Part shown: in pieces, positions 1 through 10,041 of the stretch
Position numbering within the stretch: the first letter of the stretch is position 1
Layout: every line of letters begins with the position of its first letter
NCBI GenBank assembly: GCA_963707025.1
Contig: CAVPOM010000008.1
Span: 64,001 to 128,000, forward strand
Source of the DNA: an uncultured Verrucomicrobiae bacterium
GTDB taxonomy: Bacteria > Verrucomicrobiota > Verrucomicrobiia > Limisphaerales > Palsa-1400
Reading direction: 5' to 3'
DNA: 64,000 nt
Notes under the pieces: generated by a model
Seen by the model: only the letters and a program-made list of their open reading frames with translations
Databases searched by the model: none
Told to the model about the DNA's origin: nothing
Position numbers and translations under genes: made by a program

Positions 1-311
1 TCAATGGACATGGGTTCGATGACCGCCCCGGGCTGGGCGATAATCTGCATGATGTGCTGTGATTCTTCGCGGTAATGATCCATGTGCGGACGGACGAAAA
101 CACCATGGGGACAAAGCCGCCCCGCCGTCGCGCTGGGCATGGCGGAGCGGACGCCAAATTTCCGCGCTTCATAACTGGCAGCACACACCACCCCACGTTG
201 CGTCGGGGGCGCGCCGACGATTACCGGACGGCCCCGCAACCTTGGGTCGTCGCGTTGTTCGACGGAAGCGTAGAACGCGTCCATATCCAAATGGAAAATC
301 ACACGATGCAT
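1..311 (-). CDS. dinB: DNA polymerase IV (N-terminal part, runs off window)
   Basis: Manual translation MHRVIFHLDMDAFYASVEQRDDPRLRGRPVIVG...VCAASYEARKFGVRSAMP, Y-family motifs. Confidence 0.95.
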   Translation of the reverse strand, partial: MHRVIFHLDMDAFYASVEQRDDPRLRGRPVIVGAPPTQRGVVCAASYEARKFGVRSAMPSATAGRLCPHGVFVRPHMDHYREESQHIMQIIAQPGAVIEPMSI

Positions 312-415
312 CGCCAACAGAGATTACCACGGACGCTGCAAAGCCAGAAGATCTGTCGTGTCCTGTCCAGTGCTCGACTTGGCGAATTTGCAGGCCATCC
401 ATTTTCCAGCAGGGA

Positions 416-868
416 TCACTCCCGGCCTTTCGAATCAATGATGATGGTGACGGGGCCATCGTTGGTCAGACTGACCTTCAGGTCCGCGCCAAATTCGCCG
501 GTTTGAATGCTCCTTCCCAAATCCTCAGTCAGCCGGCGGATGAATTGCTCGTAAAGCGGAACCGCCATTTCCGGCCGGGCTGACCGGCTGAACGAAGGCC
601 GGTTGCCCTTCTTCGCGCTGGCAAAAAGGGTGAATTGGCTGACCAGCAGAATCTCGCCTCCCGTTTCCTGCACCGAACGGTTCATCAGGCCCTGATCATC
701 GTTGAAAATTCGCAGGCGGACGATTTTCCCGCTCAACCATTCAATGTCCTGCACCGTATCGGATTCCTCGATGGCCAGCAAGACCAAGAGGCCGTGTTGA
801 ATTGTGGCCTTAATGGCGCCAGCGATCATGACGCTGGCCTGGCTCACCCGTTGAATGACAGCGCGCAT
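416..868 (-). CDS. dtd: D-aminoacyl-tRNA deacylase
   Basis: MRAVIQRV start, SQFTL and NDGPVT motifs. Confidence 0.95.
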   Translation of the reverse strand: MRAVIQRVSQASVMIAGAIKATIQHGLLVLLAIEESDTVQDIEWLSGKIVRLRIFNDDQGLMNRSVQETGGEILLVSQFTLFASAKKGNRPSFSRSARPEMAVPLYEQFIRRLTEDLGRSIQTGEFGADLKVSLTNDGPVTIIIDSKGRE

Positions 869-1002
869 GGGTGCTTGATAATGGCAAAAGGTCGAAACGA
901 ATAGAGATTTTTTGCGAGCCGGCCAGGATAGTTTGGAGCCTGGAGTGGGCGGGGCGGATGACCCTACTTGAGATTCTCGATCTGCTCCTCTAAACTGCGG
1001 CC

Positions 1003-1416
1003 ATGACCGTGTTTCCCGTCAATCCAGAAAAGTCACAGCAACTTGCCCAGCGGATGGCTGCCTTGGGGGTTCGCGAGTCCGATATTGAAGAAACTTTTGT
1101 GAGATCTGGAGGGCATGGGGGGCAAAACGTCAATAAATCGGCGACGTGCGTGATGCTGCTCCATCGGCCAACCGGCCTGCAAGTGAAGTGCCAGACAACT
1201 CGTCAACAAGGACTCAATCGGTTTATTGCCCGGCGTATATTGCTCGACAAAATTGAAGGGAAACAGACCGGGCAAGTGGCGGCGGAGGTATCCCGAATCG
1301 AGAAGATACGCCGGCAGAAGCGCAAGAAGAGCCGCCGGGCCAAGGCGCGGATGCTCGCTGACAAATCCCATCGAGCGGACAAGAAAGCCTCCAGGCGCGA
1401 AGTCGGAGAATCTTGA
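1003..1416 (+). CDS. Peptide chain release factor-like protein (ArfB/PrfH-like GGQ domain with basic tail)
   Basis: [12 protein letters not shown] motif, K/R-rich C-terminus. Confidence 0.85.
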   Translation: MTVFPVNPEKSQQLAQRMAALGVRESDIEETFVRSGGHGGQNVNKSATCVMLLHRPTGLQVKCQTTRQQGLNRFIARRILLDKIEGKQTGQVAAEVSRIEKIRRQKRKKSRRAKARMLADKSHRADKKASRREVGES

Positions 1417-1425
1417 ACCTCGTTG

Positions 1426-2820
1426 TCAATCTTCTGGGCGTTCGCCGCTGGGCGCCATCTTCACCAGCTTGGGATCGAATTGGCCGAGGGTCGTGACCAG
1501 GTCTTTTTGTGCGGCCATCACTTCGCGGATGTTTTTATAGGCCATCGGGACTTCATCCAGTCCGGCGCTAATGAGTGTCACGCCGCGTTCGCGGAGAAGA
1601 CGGTTCACTTCTTTCCAGTTGAATTTCTGGTTGGCGGCTTTGCGGCTCATGGCGCGGCCGGCGCCGTGCGAGGCCGAGTTGAGCGAATCGGGATTTCCCT
1701 TTCCGCTCACGACATATCCCGGCGACGCCATGGAACCGGGAATGATGCCCAGGACTCCCGCCCCCGCCGGCGTGGCGCCTTTGCGATGCACGACGACCTC
1801 CCGTTCCACTCCCCCGATAACGTGCTTTTCTTTCCAGGCGAAATTGTGATGGTTTTCCAAATCGAGCAAAACCTGCGCACCGAGGTTTTCCGCGATGTGC
1901 TGGTGGATGCAGGCGTGGTTGGCTGCGGCATATCGCCCCATCAGTTCCATCGCGTTCCAGTATTCTAGTCCGGGCTGCGAATCGAGCGACAGCCAGGCCA
2001 GCCGTTTCAATTCGCTGGGCAAGTCCGCAAATTGAGCGAACGCGATTTTGCTGTAGTAATCGCAAACCGCCGCGCCCGTCCCGCGACTGCCGCTGTGCGA
2101 CAGCAGCGCGACATAAGTTCCCGGCTCAAGGCTGCTGATTTTTGAGTGCGCTGTGAACAGGCCAAACTCGACAAAATGATTTCCGCTCCCGCTGGTGCCG
2201 AGTTGCGCCCACGCACGGTCCTTGTTCTGCTTCACCACCGGGCTGATCGTCCAATCCGCATCCATCACCTCGTGGGTGCGGCGATTCCGAAACGTCGAGC
2301 CGACGCCGAAGCGCGTTTCCGCTTCGATGGCGCGGGTCAGACGGTCCTGACTGTTCTCCAAATCGCGCGCCGGAATATCCAACACCGTCATTTTCATGCG
2401 GCAGGCAATGTCCACGCCGACGGCGTAAGGAATCACGGCGTTTTCCGTTGCCAGCACGCCGCCGATGGGCAGGCCGTAGCCGACGTGTGCGTCCGGCATG
2501 AGCGCCCCCGCCACGGAAACCGGCAGCAAACAAGCTTTCTCCATTTGCATCACCGCCTCGTGTTCCAGCCCTTCGCCCCACTGCCGGTATTTCACTGGAT
2601 CGGCGCGCAGTGGAGGCGGCGCAGCAAGCAACACCTTCGCGAATTCACCGCGCAGCGGGTCGCCCGCATACGCCGACGGATTGGCCACAATGGCAGCGAC
2701 TTCTTCGCGCAACCGCGACTTGTCGCCGCCACCGAGGATGAACTTGGCAACAAAATCCGTCGCCCGCCGCGTCGCCTCGCCCAGCGGCACACCCAGTCTG
2801 ATAAAATCCTTGGTGTTCAT
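1426..2820 (-). CDS. rtcB: RtcB family RNA ligase
   Basis: MPDAHVGYGLPIGG, GVDIACRM, GTSGSGNHFVE, HSGSRG, HRKGAT, SHGAGR motifs; start taken at MNTKDF. Confidence 0.95.
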   Translation of the reverse strand: MNTKDFIRLGVPLGEATRRATDFVAKFILGGGDKSRLREEVAAIVANPSAYAGDPLRGEFAKVLLAAPPPLRADPVKYRQWGEGLEHEAVMQMEKACLLPVSVAGALMPDAHVGYGLPIGGVLATENAVIPYAVGVDIACRMKMTVLDIPARDLENSQDRLTRAIEAETRFGVGSTFRNRRTHEVMDADWTISPVVKQNKDRAWAQLGTSGSGNHFVEFGLFTAHSKISSLEPGTYVALLSHSGSRGTGAAVCDYYSKIAFAQFADLPSELKRLAWLSLDSQPGLEYWNAMELMGRYAAANHACIHQHIAENLGAQVLLDLENHHNFAWKEKHVIGGVEREVVVHRKGATPAGAGVLGIIPGSMASPGYVVSGKGNPDSLNSASHGAGRAMSRKAANQKFNWKEVNRLLRERGVTLISAGLDEVPMAYKNIREVMAAQKDLVTTLGQFDPKLVKMAPSGERPED

Positions 2821-2950
2821 GTATGAAATCGCCTTTAAACTTAATCCTCCCTGTCCCGATGACGGTAATGGGCGCTGCCCATTCTCCTCCGCGTGAGAAA
2901 GAAGACTGTGACGTGGATTTGGATTGTGTTCGATTCTCTTATGTCCTAAA

Positions 2951-5900
2951 TTACTGCATCGCCTCTGCCAATTGTGTAAAGGCAACTACCTCCTTTGGTG
3001 ATGTCGCCGAACCGCTAAAAAACTGCATTGGAACGAGGTCATCCGTGACAAGCAACCCTTTGAATCGGATCGCCGTCGCCGGAATCCCAGTCAGGGCACA
3101 CACAGCTGACGGGTTCGCCTTTAGCCAGTTTAAACGGCGCAGATGTTTTCCGAGGGAGTCTTCTCGCTCTCCTCGGTAATCGTCCAAACGCTCAACAACG
3201 TCTCGAACGCTTATCGCTGTACGCAGGCGCTTACATTCAATGACAAATATATCTGGAGAGCCGCCTTTCCAGGCCAGCACATCAACGTCTCCAAAGTCCC
3301 CGGCAGATGCAGGGCACCCAAGGGCACTCATAAAAACCTCTCGCCGCGCAACGAATCCTAGTTTTTCCGCCCGATCCGCCACGTCACGCGTGAACTGGTT
3401 ACCTTGTCGGTTCGCCTGATCTCCACAAAATGCCCGCATCGTTCTTGTTCGAAAATGTTCCGTCGGGAATGCGGATTCAGCGATATTTCCTATGATGTAA
3501 GCCGCACTTGTTTTAACCAGTGGTGGATAAACGAGCCAGATCTTGCTGGGTGCGCCCCTCAACATGACGAATGGCCGCATCAGCAGAGACAGCTGACGGC
3601 GGAATCGCCACGGCTGAACGTCTTTTTCCTGGTATCCATGTAAATCTTTGTTCCAGCCGCGGCGGGGCGGCAGTGAGAATCGTCCGATGAAAAACTCAAT
3701 GGTCTTTGCATCCAAATTGCACTCGTTCATTAGTAATGAGCGGAAACTAGCATCGTCCAACTCAAGAATTAGCTTCTGCGTTTTCAAGGCTACATGGCCG
3801 AAGCGGTTGGGAATTGCAACGAACTGATCAATTGTCACCCCAAACTCATCATGGAATGGCTGCTCCATCCGGCGTATGGTTTCGAGACTACGAGCACTCT
3901 CTTTGGGTTGGTAACTTGAAAACCAGCGGTCGTAATTTTGTGCGGAAGAATGAAAGCCCTTTTCAAAAACCGCGCGAACGTAAGGCGACATGACTGTCGC
4001 GTAGAATTCCTTGTCAAAATCCAATTCGCCATTTTGGAAGGAATGGATCTCTGGCTCCATAAATCCCTCCGAGATTGCGTCTCGATGGTTGGCTGCGCTA
4101 AAAAGGTTCTCGAACTGGGCAAGCATCTCCAAACGTGCTGCTTTCGGCATTGCGTGGCCGCCTTCTGCTGGGCATGCGTACATTGCTGTTTCAACCAACA
4201 GGCGATTGGCCAGCGTTGCCGCGTCTCTGTCGCTTCGGCGCCCTTCTGCAAACTTCAAGATTTCTTGTGGGTCGTGCAGAGCAAGCAATGCGCGCGCCGC
4301 CAGACACCAACGCTGTTCGTCCTTTTCCAATTCGGCCAAGGCGGAGAAACACGCGATCACAACCTCTCGCCGATTGAACTGCGCAAGCCCCTTTTCGATT
4401 CTCTGCCAAAGGTTGTCCACGACTCGGTGCAAGTAATCCATGCATTGCTCTCTCCCTAAGCTTTTTCCACTTGCTGAGGGCGGTCCGAGTTCATCCGCCA
4501 GCTCGATCAGGCTATGAGAGCATTCCTCCTCTGGGATGAAGTCAGGCGAAGGCCGATATGTTGCAGCCAGAATTTGAGCCCAATTCTCCGTTTTTACAAA
4601 ATGAAAGAACCGAGCCTCATCATTTGGGAAGATTGAGGTTAATAATCTGACACGGTCGTCAGCCGATATTGTGCTGCCTGCCAATTCGGCTATTGCAGCG
4701 ATTGTGCAATCAATCAACATGCGCTCTGCTTGGTTCCTCGGAGTGTGGAACTTCTCGCTAAATTCTGCAGGCAGCGTAACGACGATCGTCCGGTCGCGCC
4801 GATTGACGGATGAGGTTGGCTGAGAGGAGACTTGAGAATTGGGAATATTTTGATCAGCCCATTTGGAAAGTTCCGGCACGTCTAATTCAATCAAGATTGA
4901 TCCGGCTTGAAGGTTTCGGAACTCTTTTTCGACCACGACACCAGCTCGGTTCATCCAATTGAGCAAACAGTCCCAGAGTTGGAACAAAACGCTTTGCTCG
5001 TCGGGTATCGTGGTGTTCGCTTTAGAAACAATCCACCAATTCCGATTTGTTGTTTCAATTACCCCCATTAGCATTTTCTGCTTAGATCCTTCAAGCGCAA
5101 TATACACTGGAGCCTCCTTGTCTCTGGCATAATAAGCCTTTGCTCCACGGCGTTCTACTCGAACCCAGTGCGTGAGATCATGCGCGAGAATGGAGTGGTC
5201 GTCGTAAGCGTGCAACACCTCCTTTCGAATATCCGCTATGAAGCCAGTTCCAACGGTTAGCATCTTGTGTGGCTGAGACAGCTCCATTTGCCGTGGCACG
5301 AAACGCCAATTATTGGAACGCCAATACGCGTAGAGATTCAGCGGACCGTTAAGGTTCATAATATGGACGCCACGTTTTTCAGCCCATTCTTGATGACGCC
5401 ACATTCTCCAGAGACGGAGGGCAGACATATCATCGCACCGGGCGAGCGTGCGCCAGTCTGGCGGAGAAGCAAAAATCAAGCCCCAGTCCGGTATTTTCTT
5501 CATAGAGAGCGCCACGCCACGTCCCACACCGCCACGCGTTATGAGTGTCATGCCTCCGTTGAACTGAGGCTGCGCTTTTAAAACCGCAGCGCAATCCAAT
5601 AAATGCCTTTCAAATGAATTTTGATGTTGTGCAGTTAACTCGTCGGTATCATGGGCATCGGTCAATTCTCCAGAAACATTGCCATCGAGTAAAACAACAT
5701 GGGCATATTTTCCTTGGTCAAAACTCAAGGTGGCTTGATAAATGGTCGGGAGTTCATTTGATGGTGAAGGAAGGGCAATGTCCATCGGTTCGAAGCCAAG
5801 GCCGTGTTCAAGCGTCCGCATCCACATTGCGAATTGGCTCGTATGTAGCAGCATTTCGAAACGGCGGAGGAAGTCCGTTTCATTCAGTTGTTCGACCAAA

Positions 5901-6670
5901 AAGCGTCGAACGCTCAAAGTTACCGCGTGTGGGGCAGCTAAGACTAAATTATCAGCGAACTGGACGATTGGATATCTCTCCAAGTCGCTATGGCCGGTGC
6001 TTTGTTCTAGCAAACGCTTCCGGTCCTCTTCGGTGAACAGAAACGGGGCAAGATCTCGGCAATTAATGCCCAATTGTTGCAGGTCAGCCGGCGAAAATGT
6101 GACTGCTCGTGAGCAAGCACTTAGGTCATGCCACGGCGGAATAGCGATGCGGCCACAGAATTGAGCGGAACCAAAAGTATATCGCGGCAGTTGGCGGCGC
6201 GATGCAACGGCGTCGATGAGCTTCAGAAATGAGCGAATGTGGCTGAGGCTTGGTTTCAGCGCTTCGGGTGCGTCTGCGCGCTCAAGCGGACGCAGAATTT
6301 GCTCCACCCAATAATCGCCCGACTCTTCGATTCCGCGAAATATTCTAAAATTCCCGAAACTGGTTGCGACGTTTCCGGTAAAAGCGTCTTCGACGGGGTC
6401 CTCCAACCTCGCTAGTTCAGAACCAACGAAGTGACGGCCCGCACATTTCACCAACATTTCACGGTCTGCCTTTCGCTTTCCTGCGCAAGCGTAACAGGCC
6501 AAGTGTGCGAGCGCGTCTAGGCGAAGCGTGTTTTCGTGGTAGTGCGGCAGTGTAAGAAATCCGCCAATAAGCGGTGCCACCGAAGCGTAATCGTAGCGCT
6601 TCAGCTCATTCACTAGTCCGCGATGTTGTTGAGCCAGGTCGGCGATCTGTTTCATACGATTCAACGGCAT
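2951..6670 (-). CDS. Large hypothetical protein (~1239 aa) with C-terminal PD-(D/E)xK-like nuclease motif
   Basis: Long ORF; start MPLNRMKQ just after the HNH stop; C-terminal GDVDVLAW...IECKRL. Confidence 0.7.
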   Translation of the reverse strand: MPLNRMKQIADLAQQHRGLVNELKRYDYASVAPLIGGFLTLPHYHENTLRLDALAHLACYACAGKRKADREMLVKCAGRHFVGSELARLEDPVEDAFTGNVATSFGNFRIFRGIEESGDYWVEQILRPLERADAPEALKPSLSHIRSFLKLIDAVASRRQLPRYTFGSAQFCGRIAIPPWHDLSACSRAVTFSPADLQQLGINCRDLAPFLFTEEDRKRLLEQSTGHSDLERYPIVQFADNLVLAAPHAVTLSVRRFLVEQLNETDFLRRFEMLLHTSQFAMWMRTLEHGLGFEPMDIALPSPSNELPTIYQATLSFDQGKYAHVVLLDGNVSGELTDAHDTDELTAQHQNSFERHLLDCAAVLKAQPQFNGGMTLITRGGVGRGVALSMKKIPDWGLIFASPPDWRTLARCDDMSALRLWRMWRHQEWAEKRGVHIMNLNGPLNLYAYWRSNNWRFVPRQMELSQPHKMLTVGTGFIADIRKEVLHAYDDHSILAHDLTHWVRVERRGAKAYYARDKEAPVYIALEGSKQKMLMGVIETTNRNWWIVSKANTTIPDEQSVLFQLWDCLLNWMNRAGVVVEKEFRNLQAGSILIELDVPELSKWADQNIPNSQVSSQPTSSVNRRDRTIVVTLPAEFSEKFHTPRNQAERMLIDCTIAAIAELAGSTISADDRVRLLTSIFPNDEARFFHFVKTENWAQILAATYRPSPDFIPEEECSHSLIELADELGPPSASGKSLGREQCMDYLHRVVDNLWQRIEKGLAQFNRREVVIACFSALAELEKDEQRWCLAARALLALHDPQEILKFAEGRRSDRDAATLANRLLVETAMYACPAEGGHAMPKAARLEMLAQFENLFSAANHRDAISEGFMEPEIHSFQNGELDFDKEFYATVMSPYVRAVFEKGFHSSAQNYDRWFSSYQPKESARSLETIRRMEQPFHDEFGVTIDQFVAIPNRFGHVALKTQKLILELDDASFRSLLMNECNLDAKTIEFFIGRFSLPPRRGWNKDLHGYQEKDVQPWRFRRQLSLLMRPFVMLRGAPSKIWLVYPPLVKTSAAYIIGNIAESAFPTEHFRTRTMRAFCGDQANRQGNQFTRDVADRAEKLGFVARREVFMSALGCPASAGDFGDVDVLAWKGGSPDIFVIECKRLRTAISVRDVVERLDDYRGEREDSLGKHLRRLNWLKANPSAVCALTGIPATAIRFKGLLVTDDLVPMQFFSGSATSPKEVVAFTQLAEAMQ

Positions 6671-6723
6671 TCTACGAATTACGGCTTGGGAGAGCGAGCT
6701 TTGACGCTCGCCCTCCCGCAGTT

Positions 6724-7308
6724 TCATTCCCGCACGAACAGCCTCCATTCTGGGATGCCGTGGGCGTTGCGAATGAGGGCCGTGGCCGGCAATTCCTTCG
6801 GCGCGCGCGGCACTGAGAGCAGCTTCAGGCCGGCTTCGTGCGGCAGGCGGTTGCCTTTGCGGGCGTTCACCTCCTTCCCGGCCCAAACCAGGTTGTCCCA
6901 GGCGTTCTTGCCACCGCGCGAGCGGGGTAGGACGTGATCCATGCTGCCTTCCTCGGGGCGCAGCACACGGCCGGTGTATTGGCAGCGGTTGCCGTCGCGC
7001 TCGCGAATGGCGCGGGCGCACAGCTTCGGGCGCTTCTTGGGCACCTTGGCGTAATTCACCGCCACGATCACCGTCGGCACGCGGATTGGACCGCGGACGG
7101 TTCGCACCGCATTGTCCTGCGGGCGCATGGGCAGCGTAATCCACTCGTCCCAGGAAACGGGACGAATGTGATTTTCCCCTTCGATTTCCAGGCCGGTCGC
7201 CACGTTCGTCGCCATCATGCAGAAGGCCTCCTGCGGCGTCCGGACGTTGACGGCCTGCCAGTTGCGGTTGAGCACCAGCACCATCGCTTTGTTCAGTATG
7301 TCGTTCAT
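6724..7308 (-). CDS. HNH endonuclease (McrA-like)
   Basis: VLVLNRNWQ...RDGNRCQYTG...DHVLPRSRGGKNAWDNLV...N. Confidence 0.9.
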   Translation of the reverse strand: MNDILNKAMVLVLNRNWQAVNVRTPQEAFCMMATNVATGLEIEGENHIRPVSWDEWITLPMRPQDNAVRTVRGPIRVPTVIVAVNYAKVPKKRPKLCARAIRERDGNRCQYTGRVLRPEEGSMDHVLPRSRGGKNAWDNLVWAGKEVNARKGNRLPHEAGLKLLSVPRAPKELPATALIRNAHGIPEWRLFVRE

Positions 7309-7347
7309 AAAAATGTCTGCATACGGCCACCGTGCTTGTCGCGGCGG

Positions 7348-7366
7348 GGTGTTTGTTCTTTGTTGA
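7348..7366. repeat. 19-bp inverted repeat, partner at 18267-18285
   Basis: ggtgtttgttctttgttga is the exact reverse complement of tcaacaaagaacaaacacc. Confidence 0.85.
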
Positions 7367-7502
7367 GGCATCCCCGGCGGCGAGATCGAGACGCTTCCTG
7401 AGCATCATTCCGTGTCCAGCCCAGACGAGCGTGCTTCCGGCTGGCCTTCGGCACGTTTTTCGCGCATTTTGGGATTGAAGCGTTCGAATTCTGGAGAAAA
7501 TC

Positions 7503-8207
7503 ATGAGACCTTACGTGATCTGCCACATGTGTACGACGATCGACGGTAAAATCCTGGGCGATCGTTGGGGCAAACTTCCCGGCTGCAAAGACAGCGCCAC
7601 GCTCTTCGAAACCACGGCGGCCAGCTTTGGCATCGGCGCCTGGCTTGTGGGCACGACTACGATGAAAGAATTTGCCGGGCGAAACGTGAAACTGCCCCCC
7701 GCCAGGAAACCGGTCGTTCATCGGGACCACATTGCCGACAAAAATGCCAGGCGACTGGCGATCGGTGTGGATGCGAAGGGCGTTTTGCGCTTCCAAGAGA
7801 ACGAAGTGGACGGCGATCATGTGGTCCTGCTTATCACCGATCGTGTCGGTGACGATTACCTGGCGCACCTCCAGGCCGCCGGCGTCTCCTATCTCTTCTG
7901 CGGCCAGAAGGAAGTGGACCTGCACGTTGCCCTTGGCAAGCTGGGCAGCAGTTTTCATCTACGCAAGCTGATGCTCCAGGGCGGTGGAAAGTTCAACGGC
8001 GCCATGCTCCACGCCGGGCTTGTCGATGAAATCAGCCACGTCACCGTGCCAGTCGCCGACGGCGGCGTTGGCATCTCGAGCTTTTTCGACATTCCCGGCA
8101 ACCCGCCGCCCAAATCCGCTGCCACTCTCCGCCTCCTGTCGTGGAAACGACTGCCAGGCAGCGTGACGTGGCTGCGCTACCGCGTCGTCGTTAAGCATAC
8201 GCGCTGA
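7503..8207 (+). CDS. RibD C-terminal / dihydrofolate reductase family protein
   Basis: MRPYVICHMCTTIDGKI, LMLQGGGKFNGAMLHAGLVDEI. Confidence 0.85.
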   Translation: MRPYVICHMCTTIDGKILGDRWGKLPGCKDSATLFETTAASFGIGAWLVGTTTMKEFAGRNVKLPPARKPVVHRDHIADKNARRLAIGVDAKGVLRFQENEVDGDHVVLLITDRVGDDYLAHLQAAGVSYLFCGQKEVDLHVALGKLGSSFHLRKLMLQGGGKFNGAMLHAGLVDEISHVTVPVADGGVGISSFFDIPGNPPPKSAATLRLLSWKRLPGSVTWLRYRVVVKHTR

Positions 8208-8278
8208 CCGCGGAGCAGGCCGCTGTAATACGCCCGTCGCGCAGCAGACATTCCTTGGTCGGGTTGGCTTGCGGAAAT

Positions 8279-8353
8279 TGGCTGCCTCGCCCGGTTTTGC
8301 TCCAGGTCCTCCGGTGTCAGAGACCGGCGCGCTCCTGATTACGCCACGAGGCA
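8279..8353 (-). tRNA. tRNA-Gln(CUG)
   Basis: Cloverleaf; anticodon arm ccggt-ctCTGac-accgg; encoded CCA. Confidence 0.85.
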
Positions 8354-8388
8354 ATGGCCCGCCGAGCGGCAGCCCGGAGGGAGAAGAT

Positions 8389-8462
8389 TGGTCGCCCGGG
8401 GAGGTTCTGCCCCTCCGATTTCTGGGTGTAGGCCAGACGTGATGCTATTTCACCACCGGGCG
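8389..8462 (-). tRNA. tRNA-Val(UAC), C33
   Basis: tctgg-ccTACac-ccaga; encoded CCA. Confidence 0.75.
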
Positions 8463-8467
8463 GAAAT

Positions 8468-8542
8468 TGGCTGCGGGAGCCGGGTTCGCACCGACAACTG
8501 CGCTTTCAAAGAGCGCCGAGTTGCTGGTTACTCCATCCCGCA
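8468..8542 (-). tRNA. tRNA-Gln(UUG)
   Basis: gcgct-ctTTGaa-agcgc; CCA. Confidence 0.85.
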
Positions 8543-8548
8543 ACAAAA

Positions 8549-8625
8549 TGGTGGAGCCGGAGGTAGTTGCAACCTCACCATACCGGATTAAAAGTCCGGT
8601 GCCGGTCTTCTGTGGCATCAGCTCC
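8549..8625 (-). tRNA. tRNA-Lys(UUU)
   Basis: ccgga-ctTTTaa-tccgg; CCA. Confidence 0.85.
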
Positions 8626-8632
8626 AGGAAAT

Positions 8633-8653
8633 TGGTGCTCGCGGTGGGGCTTG
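8633..8653 (-). pseudogene. 3' remnant of a tRNA (part of T arm, acceptor strand, CCA)
   Basis: caagccccaccgcgagcacca directly upstream of tRNA-Lys, no 5' half. Confidence 0.55.
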
Positions 8654-8837
8654 GGAAACTCCAATAATCACCAAAGGGAAACCGGCGCGGCCGGCATCCC
8701 AGATTCCCTTTGCCTCCGTTTCCGATCCTGCGGGTGTTGGTAAATGTTGGAGTCGCGATTGCGCACCCGCGCACTGGCACTCAAGCGGCCTCTGCGCACA
8801 CAAGCCAGGCCGATTCCTTGAAAAGTTTTCAGTTAAA

Positions 8838-9602
8838 TTGCATCAAAAAAGCTGGCAAAATGGTGTCGTTCACCCTATATTTACACACATAAATGCATCA
8901 CCAGATGACATCCGAAAAGCGGCAGTGGCCGACGCTCGAAGGACGCTTGAGTCAGCCGCTCACTTCACGCGTGGAGGCGGTGCGCCAGCTCCAGACCACG
9001 ATGCCGATTACGCCTGTCGCGCAGGCCGTGTTGAAGCGGAGCAACGGCACCTCATCCAATGGGCCAAAGAAAACGGGAAACTAGGCTCAAGCGGTCGGTT
9101 GCCGCCCGTGTTTGCTCAGGGTGGAGAGCATGATGTCTTTTTTCAAAAATGCACCCAGCGGTATCTCAAGGCGACACGGCAGGATCGACACAAGGGATAC
9201 GGCATTGCCCTCGGTTCGCACACGCACGGTGCAACCCCTGCCGAGTATCTCGACCGTCTCTTCCTTCAGAACTGCATTTTCGATGATGATATTCGGCTTG
9301 AGCGCGTCGTGCAGAACGATGGCAAACCCATAATTATCACATCCCAACCAGCCATCAAAGGAAGCACCCCACGGCAAGACGGACTGGACGAATTGATGAT
9401 CGGGAAGGGCTACGAAAAACTGGCAGAAGGGGCTTATTACGATGAAGGGGCCGGCCTATTGCTGTACGACCTTTTCCCTCGCAACGCCATCCAAGCTGCC
9501 GACGGACATATTTATCCCATTGATCCCGTCATCCAACGCATTACGCCGGACTTTGGGCAGTTTTTGCGGCATGAGCCTTACACGATCGACCTCCCCCGCT
9601 AA
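8838..9602 (+). CDS. Polyvalent-protein-type kinase domain protein (start uncertain)
   Basis: GGEHDV, ATPAEYLDRLFLQNCIFDDDIRL, DLFPRNA...IDPVI resemble the Kinase-PolyVal family. Confidence 0.7.
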   Translation: MHQKSWQNGVVHPIFTHINASPDDIRKAAVADARRTLESAAHFTRGGGAPAPDHDADYACRAGRVEAEQRHLIQWAKENGKLGSSGRLPPVFAQGGEHDVFFQKCTQRYLKATRQDRHKGYGIALGSHTHGATPAEYLDRLFLQNCIFDDDIRLERVVQNDGKPIIITSQPAIKGSTPRQDGLDELMIGKGYEKLAEGAYYDEGAGLLLYDLFPRNAIQAADGHIYPIDPVIQRITPDFGQFLRHEPYTIDLPR

Positions 9603-9744
9603 ACCCTTCATGCTGCGCACTCGTCTGCGGATTGGGCAAGCGGACTTATTGCGTCCGACTTATTGCGTCACCTTCCGCAATGATAATCGGGTCCGGTAAC
9701 GCCCAGGAACCCGACGCTCATCTAGCGTGACGCTGTGGATAAAA

Positions 9745-9768
9745 CTGCTCACTTTGAGCTACATGCGC
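9745..9768 (-). pseudogene. 5' remnant of a tRNA (acceptor strand and part of D arm)
   Basis: gcgcatg-tagctcaaagtgagcag then the cloverleaf breaks off. Confidence 0.55.
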
Positions 9769-9773
9769 GAAAA

Positions 9774-9865
9774 TGGCGGAATGCCGTGGACTTGCACCAC
9801 ACTCCTGTTTCCAGGAGCGCACTGTTTAGCGAACAGGCCCGGGCCCCTCGTCCGGTTGGCATTCC
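9774..9865 (-). tRNA. tRNA-Ser(GCU)
   Basis: Loop tcGCTaa, long variable arm ctcctg-gaaa-caggag, GCCA end. Confidence 0.8.
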
Positions 9866-9869
9866 AGAT

Positions 9870-9953
9870 TGGTCGGCGTGGGGAGACTTGCACTCCCAAG
9901 GCTGTTCGATCTTGAGTCGAACCGGTCTGCTATTCCCGATTAACCACACGCCG
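9870..9953 (-). tRNA. tRNA-Leu(CAA), atypical fold
   Basis: ttcga-ctCAAga-tcgaa; ACCA; extended acceptor-D connector, short variable region. Confidence 0.75.
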
Positions 9954-9954
9954 G

Positions 9955-10036
9955 TCGGCGACCCGGGACTTGCACCCGGAAGGCTCGGCGATTTTAAGTC
10001 GCCGGGGTCTGCTGTTCCCGCTGAAGCCAGTCGCCG
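9955..10036 (-). tRNA. tRNA-Leu(UAA), atypical fold, no full CCA
   Basis: ggcga-ctTAAaa-tcgcc; abuts the next tRNA. Confidence 0.75.
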
Positions 10037-10041
10037 TAAAA

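Noticed and set aside
6671..7504. N-terminal extension of the 1517-aa ORF
   Set aside because: Overlaps the HNH gene in another frame and is low-complexity; real start is probably 6670 or 6655
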